Below, in pieces: positions 12,046 to 21,411 of a stretch of 64,000 nucleotides of DNA (its first letter is position 1; each line of letters starts with the position of its first letter). The DNA comes from Nemertoderma westbladi (Eukaryota; Animalia; Xenacoelomorpha). The notes under the pieces are model-generated. The model worked only from the letters and a program-made list of their open reading frames with translations. It searched no databases and was not told the DNA's origin. Location of the stretch: NCBI GenBank assembly GCA_032718475.1, contig JAUCBJ010002000.1:9033-73032 (forward strand). The letters run 5' to 3'. The position numbers and the translations under genes were made by a program.

Positions 12046-14709
12046 ATATTTTATTGCGTCGAAGTTAAAAGAAAGAAGAAGTTAATGTTGCACATCCATT
12101 AAAATATCATAAGACAGTTTACAGTAGATCAAAACGGCCTGATGGCCGCATTAAGATTTATAAAATGAAGAATCAATGTAAAATCAACAAATATTTTTTT
12201 ATTTTATACAACAACATTAATAGACATCAATAATCAACAAGACAACAATCAATAGACATTGAACATATAATTTCATTAATAAATATTGCGAAAACATAAT
12301 TTAAATTAATTTGAAAAAGGGTTAGAATAAATAATCCATAAACATTCAATGACTCTGAAATGTGTATTCCCTATTATTCAGCCTATCTATACTCTATACA
12401 TTATAATCCAAACGTTTTAGCAACTGGTAGAATTGTACTAAATCCAATTGGAGGAATCGATACTCAACTGTGGGGAGTCTGAGTCAACGAAAGCGGTTGG
12501 GATATGATAACTCGCGGAGCCCGAATGGCAATCTCGTGTCTCTACGCTGAATGCTTTCTAGTAAGATAGTTTAACCAACTCTATTAGGCAACCAAATATC
12601 GTTCATCGTTCAGTCGTTTCTAACAGCGCTTTGCTGCAATACATCAGTGACTACTTCACTAGTTCCGGTATCATTGTTAGCATTTTGTGGAATCACGCAC
12701 TCATCTTCAGACCCCCATGATAATTGTTAACACTAACCGTTAGTCGATTCCTCCTTGACTGTTAACATCTGATACGGCCCATACAGTTACAAGGTCATTA
12801 TCCTCATGCCTGAAACCACCAGGTCATATTATCTATGTATATGTACATAATTTTCTTCCTTTGTCAGTACCGTCGTAGTAGGCTTATTTGGACCTCAGCG
12901 GTTCCATGTACCCCCCATCTCCTCTCCATAGGCCGTTTGCCATATAAATAAGTAAGTATACATTCAGTGCTGCAGTGCTTGTACCGGTGACTGCTGCACT
13001 GTGCTACTGTACAATAGCTATCTGAATGTCGATGTCAACGGGATTCCAAGGCGTACAGTGACATCACGGCCAATCACAGATTGTTTTCAAATTTTAAATA
13101 ATTTTTAAACTGAAATCAACAATATCTCGGCTATTTTAACATCTTATTGAATTCTGTAAACGCCATTGTGTTTCTGTGCTATTATTGCATCTAATTTATC
13201 TGGTTTTGAATTTGAGTCATGAACCCCATTATTACTATAAATATAACATTTGGTCGTCGGCGCACTGATGTATGTGGATGTGGAATGTGGTATCTGTGAG
13301 GAATTCATAAATGCAGGGAAAGCTGAAGAGTTGGATTTATGCAAGAAACGAGCTAGTGGTTTCTATGTTCAACTTAAAGTTGCAAAGGATAAAGCCAGGT
13401 TTGAAGATAACTTTGATACTATTGCTTTTGCTTCCTGTTGGAGAACTATTATATATGTGTCAGCTTTGGATGTTTGTATTTGGAGTTTATAGTGCTAAGG
13501 CCAGGAAGAATATCATATATGTGTGGCCGGAAAATGAAGGTAGGCAAGCTCTAATGAAGTTACGTTGTGTTTATTTTATATGGTTTTATGGTTATTTTAT
13601 AACATTATTATCCTCTCCTTGTGTATTTGTCTATAATGGAATTGTTAAATATGAATCGTTCAATATATAGAGCTCTAATGAAGTTGCCACATGCCTCAAA
13701 CACTATATTGATAATTGTATTGATTTAAAGTTCATAGAGTCTCTTGTTTCAGTGATGGTTGCCGTGGACAAAATCATAACTATGTTATGTTATAATGCGA
13801 TTTTTGCATTCACTCTCCCTTAATTCCTAAGCGCTTTGATAACCAGCATTTCAACGCATTTGAGGGCCTCCAAAGGAAAGAAGGGCATATAGAGATTCAC
13901 CAGGAATGGATTGCTATATTTTGCCACAAATTTGATATCGTTGAAATTAATTATACACACTTTCGAAACTATAAGGATGTGCTGGCAGGACAGTTCAAGA
14001 AAACACTGTCGACCATGGCCGGCGCCAGGATTTTTCTTGGGGGGTGCAGATGTTGAAAAAGCGGACCTTTTTTGTTACCATCGAAACAAAATATTACACA
14101 TTGCTGCATTGCACCGGTATCAGTTTAGGCCGCTAACCTAGAAAATTTTACACTTTGTATCAGATAGTTAGAAAAAGTTAGAGTGAACCTATTAAATGAT
14201 ATGATTAAATGATACTAAATTATGGACGCAATAAAAATTCATCCCTCTCCAGGGGAAATTCCGACACAAATAAAGTCTGATTACTCTCAAAAATAAAACT
14301 GTAACCTGTACTATTGTGTTTAGTTTATTGTTTTGGTTAAAATAACGTGCCACTGTAACCTGCTCCTTTCCCTAAATTGAGAATTTAACATTGAGGCGGG
14401 ACATGAATTCGCCAAGGCAGGTTTTGCGTTTCCCTCCTGTCTCCAACGAAGTATTTTGATTTTGATATAATAAACCCACCAGTATTCTAACTTATACTGT
14501 GAAATACTTCTAACACATTCAAATTAATAAATTTAAAAAATACTTAAAAATCTTACTTAAAAAATATTTAATTCAACAATAAAACAACCTAGACTTTAAT
14601 TTGGTTGAACAAATGGTTGATTACTGCAGACTGCTACCGGAATATTGGATGGAGTGAGTAAAACGGAATAGGTGATTTTAATTAGATCGGATTTTAATCA
14701 ACCTTGATT

Positions 14710-15275
14710 TAACCCTATCTGGCCCGGGCTATTTTACAACGTAATTGGCCCGGGGGGGGGGGGGGGGGGGTCATTTTAGATCTTGGCTCAAAAATTACAA
14801 TTTTGATGGTATAAGGGTTTACGAGCTCGCTGGTCACGATAAAACTTGTTTAAAATATTTTCTGGCGATGCAACCATCATTTTTGGTGCTATTTTGGTCC
14901 CCCAGGACGAAACGTAAGTAAAAAAATGTTAAACTAAACAATTTTGTGTTTGTTTTGATAATTCTGAATGTATACGGGTTTTCGAGGTCGCTGATCACGA
15001 TGAAACTAGTTATAAATATTTATGGTAATTCAAACCCAATTTTGGTGCCATTCTGGTGCCCCAGAACGAAAAGTACAAGTAGCACAAAATTTTAAATTGT
15101 AAAATTTTGCCTTTGGTTGGGTAATTCTGAGGCTATACTGTTTTTCAAGGTCGCTGATCACGATACAACTCGTTAAAAATCATTCGTGGTAACAAACTAT
15201 CATTTTTTATCCTTGTCTGGTGGGACAAAAATACAAGTAGCAAAAATTTTCAAATGGCAAAAATCGAATTTGGTT
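14710..15275 (+). mobile_element. Nested piggyBac-like MITE fragment with three ~165-bp internal repeats
   Basis: Starts TTAA-CCCTATCTGGCCCGGG followed by a G-run. Three copies of a GGTCGCTGATCACGAT-type motif at ~14825, ~14985 and ~15150. Right end not found. Confidence 0.45.
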
Positions 15276-15485
15276 GGATAATTATTAGTATTATTATAAC
15301 AGTATTATTAGTATTACATGAAAACCGTCAATACCATAAACACTAAATGAGGGGAAGTTCCAGGCGCATCCTTCGTGTTTGCTTCCTAGCAAACACATCC
15401 ACAGAGCTGGAGATATTGAAATTAAAGTCATAATGTATTGCGAGAATGGCCAGATTGGACAGCCTCTCAGAAAGCATTGTTTTAG

Positions 15486-15783
15486 TGGTCTGGTATTGCT
15501 ACCAGTAGTATACTAAGGTTGAATTGAATTGCCGACCTATTGTCTGTTAGTTGCTTGTTCGGTACCGTACCCACTGACCCATGCAGCTAAACTTAGATTT
15601 TAGGCAATCGCATCTTACAGCCTATAATAATTCAGGAAAATCGGCTGACTATAACAAAATCAAACCAGCTATTTAGTATAAAAGTATACAGGAAGTAGGA
15701 CAGTACTGGTGGTCTGGTATTGCTACCAGTAGTATACTAAGGTTGAATTGAATTGCCGACCTATTGTCTGTTAGTTGCTTGTT
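15486..15783 (+). repeat. ~75-bp direct duplication
   Basis: TGGTCTGGTATTGCTACCAGTAGTATACTAAGGTTGAATTGAATTGCCGACCTATTGTCTGTTAGTTGCTTGTT at ~15487 and ~15710. Confidence 0.85.
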
Positions 15784-16489
15784 GCTGCTACCTGTACTAA
15801 ACACTAAACCGAAAGTAAATGAACTAAACATTGAAAATATATAAATAACTTGCAGGTAATGTAATAGAGGTGTAGTGTGTAGTGGTATCGGTATGATGTT
15901 CACTGTTGACAGCAAGTAATACCAGAACACCCAGTAATATAAATGGACAGAAATCTGATTAGAATAAGATTCAAGTGACTGTGTGTTCTTTTGGTTTAAT
16001 AATTACACAAAAATTTTTGTATTAGTCCACAATGAAAATATATTCGTCCAATTGCGGACCTTTTCTCACTTTTTGGGGGGTGCAGCCGCACCCCTTGCAC
16101 CCCATTGGCGCCGGCCATGCTGTCGACCAAAGATGCTAAAGATAAACGTCATGGTTCCAAGATATCGAAAGCGAAAGTGATGTATTTATATGGAGATACT
16201 GTGAATACATCAGCGCAATATGGGGAACTTATTATAGAGGAATAATAGACCTGTTAAGAAAGGCGTACAATCAGTAAAGCATCCAACTAGACACGACAGG
16301 TTATACAAGAAAAGTCTCCCTATCAAAGATAAAAAGTTTGCTGATACATATATTGAAAAATTTAATGGTCTTGATGCAGAATCTGACTTTGGGGAGTATG
16401 ATGAGTAAACTGTGACAACTGTAAGTGAATACGTAAAGTGCTGTAAAGTGATAACTGTAATTCATAAGTAGTGATAACTGTAACTGAAT

Positions 16490-17000
16490 GTACTACTACT
16501 ACTAGGTCGAGCGAACTCGGACAGTGGAAATGAGATCCTTCCAGGCTTCCCGATTCGCCATAGTTGTCGCAATTTCGTTTCTCCCAAGTTCAGTATCCCT
16601 TTCAAGTTGATATTTATATGTTATGGCAGGTCGTCCACGACTACGCTTTCCATGAGTTGGTTGCCAGAGAAGTAGATCTGGTATGACCTCGTCTTTACTT
16701 CGCCAGCAGTGCCCACTGAATCTTAATCTGCGTTCACGGAGGGTGGTTGATACAGGTGGTATTGTACCATAAAGCTCGGCGTTTGTCATGTGTTGTCTCC
16801 AGCTGATGTTTAGGGCTGCCCTTAGTAGTCTTGTGTAGCAACCATCAATTCGTTGTTCAAGTGATTTAGTCAGTGTCCAGGTCTCACCCCCGTATAAAAA
16901 TACACTTTCCACTGTGGCTCGAAAGAACGTGGTCTTCAGGTGCCTGGAGAGATCTGATTTCCAGATTGTGTACAGGTTGATCCTGCCAGCAGAAACAGAG
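16490..17000 (-). mobile_element. RTE LINE 3' end (second subfamily) with (TAG)n tail
   Basis: FRATVESVFLYGGETWTLT..IDGCYTRLLRAALNISWRQH..RRLRFSGHCWR..LLWQP..RSRGRP. (TAC)n at 16491..16503. Confidence 0.88.
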
Positions 17001-17399
17001 GCCATCAGGCATCAGGCTTTATCTCTGCAGGGTGATGCATGGTCTTGGCAATGATATATTTCCACACCTTGTTGCATCATAGGCAGTGTTGTGCACCCTG
17101 CCCATCATCCTGGTATATTACACATCAAGAGACCTCGTATCTTCAGCAGTTAGAGCCCAGCATGGGCTGCCATCTCTACTGCCACATGGAAAAGGGATAC
17201 ATTTAAAAAGCATGAGATATCATAGCTCTTTCTGATTCTGGATCGCATACATGTGGTTCAAAATACTGAGCTATGGTAAATTATTTAAATAAATTTTATA
17301 ATAGTAATTTTGAAATAAATGCAACAGTATAACAATAAAGCAAAAGTAAAATAAAAGTAAAAATTTAATAAAATTTAATTAATTATAAAAAAAATGCCA

Positions 17400-18150
17400 C
17401 AATAACGTAATGTTATCACAGAAGATAGCCCCCCTCTTACCCTACTTTATCAACCCATAATGTTAAAAAGGCCCGCAGCAGAAGAATCCATGGTGCCCAG
17501 TATGGAGGCGGAGTTCCCGATAAGAATGGCAATTAGGATACGCCGGAGGAGGAAGTGATGAGACCTGGGCCCCATGGTTATGGTGTGGAGCCTCTGGCTG
17601 ACCTCCTTCAGGAAGCAGGCAGTTTCAGGGCCTGGTTGTCCGAGTGTCTCAAACGGTACGGGGTGGAAGATGTGGCCCTGCCTAACCAACTCTGCATACT
17701 TGGAGGTTTTGGCAGCCTTGGCTTCCTTCGCGACTCGGCCTCCCCCGGACTGACTGGTAGCGAGGTGGCTGGGCGCGAGTGGGTCCCAGACAGTAGCATC
17801 CCAGGCGAGCAGACGCCCACGATTCCATGGTACGAGGGTCACCCTGTCTACCCGTTTGCTGCTGCCGTCTCTATGCAGTCCCAGTGGTTCCAGGAGGGAC
17901 GGCACTCCGCAGCTGGCCAGTGAACGCTTCACAATGTCGTTGAGCATGGTGTTTCTGGGATGTCGACCTGCGCTACTCTTACACGACAGGCCATGCAGAC
18001 CATCCGATTCAACACCGGGAGCAGCAGTGGGGTGCGGTCAACTAACAACCCATGCGGATGGCGATGGAGATCCTAAAGTGGGAGTTGTTGAGTTTTAACC
18101 CGAGGGAGGAAGCCAGGACCCCGTCTAGCCAACAGCTCGCTATGTCGCTG
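17400..18150 (-). mobile_element. CRE-clade non-LTR retrotransposon 3' part (zinc knuckle + restriction-like endonuclease)
   Basis: DGLHGLSC..AGR..MLNDIVKRSL..EPLGL..KRVDRVTLVPWNRGRLLAWDAT..KTSKY..FHPVPFETLG..IAILIGN. GC-rich island. Confidence 0.8.
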
Positions 18151-18661
18151 TTTATAATTAAGTTAAGAGTTAAGTCAGGCGATATCGACTGGCGAGGATG
18201 ACACACGGAGATTGTTTACTGTTTCTCCGTAGATGGGCCACAGTATAAAATGGTTGTATATAATATAAAAAAAATTTATTCGAAATCATTGTAAATTGTA
18301 GTGTTCACAGTCTGCCAATTGGTTGTAACCACTCTGTGGTTGCTGCCCCAACCATAGAGCAATTAGTTTCAGGTTCAGTTTCATATACTTCTGTATTGAA
18401 TATACCTGTGTGATTATTTTGATGTATAGTCGCCACACGTACTTGTTGAAATTTTTGAATTAATTAAATATCTAACCTGTAGGTGCAAAAAAAAACAAAA
18501 TAAAATATGACATATCGGATTAGTAATGTTTAATGGTACATATGTAACAGATTATTAATTTGTGTAAACCTTATAAGATTTGTAAAAACAAATGATAAAA
18601 ACATTAAAAAATATAAAACCAATAGTTAACTAATTTAATTTCGAAAATGAGTGCAGTACAT

Positions 18662-18951
18662 TAGAACAGGACACTAGAACAAAATCGCCTCCGCTTTGCA
18701 GGACATTTCTATCGCCGTGAGGACCAGCCAGTGCATAATCTTGTACTTTGGCAGCCTCATGGAGTGAATAAACATGGTGGACAGCCCATGACTTTCTTGA
18801 GACGCATCTTAAAGGACACTGGCCTTGAAGATGCGGATGATCTAGCAAATGTCATGGGTGATAGGGAGTTGTGGCTGTGCAATTTTGTCGATAAGCCGGC
18901 ACAGCATTCTTAAAAATGCAGCTGCAATGCAGCATGCCGATCCTAGTAGTA
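18662..18951 (+). mobile_element. 5'-truncated RTE copy with TAG tail and TSD
   Basis: Near-identical to 59990..60270. TSD GCAGTACAT at 18653..18661 and 18952..18960. Confidence 0.92.
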
Positions 18952-21289
18952 GCAGTACATGAATTTTATATTTGATTGAATAGTTACTACTTTTTATTTT
19001 TTTTAGTTACTACTTTTTTTTATATATGTATTTTTTTTTATTATTGTTGTTATTACACACAAGACAATTAAGACTATTGCTGGAAGCATACTGAAGGAAT
19101 AAGGTATGTAGCAAGACTGCATGTAAAATATGAGATCGCTAATGTAATACTTAAAATAGCCAGACATGGGGTTTCAAATTGGTATTACATGCATTTTACA
19201 GGTATTTGCGTAGCTGGGTGTTTATTAGCAACTTGCAGCTAAACTACTGGTGATCTTATCAAGTACTATTAATGATAATATTTACTGGTTATGCATTGGG
19301 TGTGGTTATTATTCGCCAGCATATTTTTCCTAATACCATTTCACACACATTACTTTTATGCAGATTTTCATGGTTAGCTCAACCTTATTCCGCACATTCC
19401 CAGTTAGGGAGGGATGTAGGTTTATGCTATTCAAGGTTCGTTATTTTGGTTATGAACATTTGGAGTGTTTCTTGTTTCCGGGGGATGTTCAAGGTTTCAA
19501 GGATCAGTTTAATTTACTTAGCATTTAGTTGGCGGGATTTCTGTTGTTTGTATCTCCTCCATCCATATGTAAAGTCAACTTGTATGGTAGTTGTGTAGGT
19601 CAATGTATTTATTACCTCTTACACACAGACAATAATGCTTGTTGATATTGGAGAAGATTTACTTCACGAATAATTTCACAATAATCGTCATCAATTTGTG
19701 AGATAAGTTCCTTACATTAGGCATTATAGTCACGATCATTATTATGATTAGGCACGCATTCGGGGATTTATTTGAGATCAAATAATGAAATCAAGCCGTA
19801 GAACATAAAATATGAGACCAAAGTTCGGAGAAACTTCAAATGGTAAGCTTGATTATTCAGTTTAATCCAAAAAGCTAGTAGTTAGTTATTCTGATTTTTT
19901 TTCCTTAGTTTGTGAATCAATTCCGATAATATGATAATCTGTTGGGGAGATTATTGGGGAATAATTACTGGCTGGGTGTGGTGGAGAATATGGAAATTGT
20001 TTTTGCAAAAAATAAATTGAGGTGAAAACTGGTGACACTAGGTATACATACACTAAACATATTACTGTAACCACCATATATTCGCCTTATATTACAATAA
20101 TTGTAAAATATTTTCCCCACATACATTATACTATACAATGCTCTGGAATAGTGTTGTAATTCAGTAACACCATTGAATGAAACACTGATCCTTGCATCTC
20201 AAGGTTGACCTCAACATACAGTACTGTGAAGACTGACAGAAGGCTGATCTTCCAAGTTGATGACAGAAGACTGATCTACATTTTGGACATTTTCATGTTG
20301 TTTTCTTATCTTTGGTTTCATAGTACTGTTTTTCTAACCAAAACAATAAACGATGCAAAAGTGAATCACCATTGGGGTGCTAATAATTCTATTTGGGGTG
20401 TCGGCATGAGTTATTTGATTATTTTGTGGTGCAATATATTTAAATAGGGAGATGTAAATTGTTGGTGCAAATTGGGTGGTTGTGTAAATATTAAGAACAT
20501 TAATCAAACATAACCTACAATATAGCACCAAATGATGCAGCGAGATTGTGTAATTTTACCTATTAATAGTAGTTTACCTATTAATTATATCAAATTAATT
20601 ATTAATTCCCTGATATAAAATACAGAAAAAATTATAGATTAAACTGGAAAAATAATAGATAGATAATTGTTTCTACTATTTTGTAATAACTTTTTTCCTC
20701 AATATATAGCGGGAAAAAACGTTAAGAAGATTCCTTACAACTGAGATTGGCCATTATTTGTGCCTTTCCTCAATAATTTACCCTCAATAAATACTTAGGT
20801 ATTTTGGTGGTGTTGATCAATAACAATTTTGCAACGGATGAACTTTATGTTGAGATAAATAATAACCCTCCGGAAAATATATAAAAACTCTAAATTATTT
20901 AATTAATATGGCAGTTTTCAACCACAGTTATTCTCTCCAGTTTTAATAAGAATTTCTACACCACTAGATTCATTAACAGCGTTATTGATGGACTCTGTTT
21001 CATTAACCTCTTCAATGTAAGAATAGACACTTCCTTCTGCACTTCCCTCACTTCGCTCGATTACCACAATGTTATTAATTTCAAACTAAATATATTTAAA
21101 GTTTCGAGTTTTAATATGAACGATCTGGTCTGTGGGTGTTTTAATATACTTGAATAACAGAACCCTTCACCAGAAATAAATATTCTATATACCACCATTC
21201 TACTGAATTGCAGTTATTGAGCAACCAAACCACCACGTGATATTTACTTATAGATGGTTTTGTATGTAGAGTTATTTTCATCAATTCGT

Positions 21290-21411
21290 CTATCCGCATT
21301 TGTTACAGGAGGTCTGACAGTGAACATACATGTAAGCTGGGTTATCTGTGCATTGGCTTTCAGCAGCCCAGTCAGCACAGTTATTGTGATCATCTTCAGC
21401 TTCAACGCAAT
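21290..21411 (-). CDS. ShKT protein terminal exon (ShKT domain 4 + stop)
   Basis: ttacag|..CVEAEDDHNNCADWAAESQCTDNPAYMYVHCQTSCNKCG-TAG, 122 nt. Confidence 0.9.

Larger units (their letters stand above)
14014..16119. mobile_element. Non-autonomous hAT-type element (2.1 kb)
   Basis: 14-bp perfect TIR CATGGCCGGCGCCA / TGGCGCCGGCCATG. 8-bp TSD CTGTCGAC at 14006..14013 and 16120..16127. Confidence 0.88.
13250..16410 (+). pseudogene. Sola1-like DNA transposase relic, split by a hAT-type insertion
   Basis: Motifs across broken frames: ELLYMCQLWMFVFGVY..YVWPENEG..SNEVATCL, FSDGCRGQNHN, and LYKKSLPIKDKKFAD after 16127. A GTGAYAACTGTAA motif occurs 3 times at ~16412..16485. Confidence 0.6.

Noticed and set aside
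10436-12102. Long ORFs (191-540 aa) suggesting a Gly-Tyr-rich structural protein
   Set aside because: They arise because the hexamer lacks stop codons in all + frames. The GY frame is broken repeatedly and there is no signal peptide.
14752-14770. Long G/C homopolymers (also 10073..10094, 22408..22423) as functional G-quadruplexes
   Set aside because: Such runs are common at MITE ends and there is no evidence of function.
20915-21087. Minus-strand open stretch FEINNIVVIERSEG..ENNCG after an AG, as a possible extra exon of the ShKT gene
   Set aside because: It lies after the TAG stop, no compatible donor was identified and no domain was recognised.
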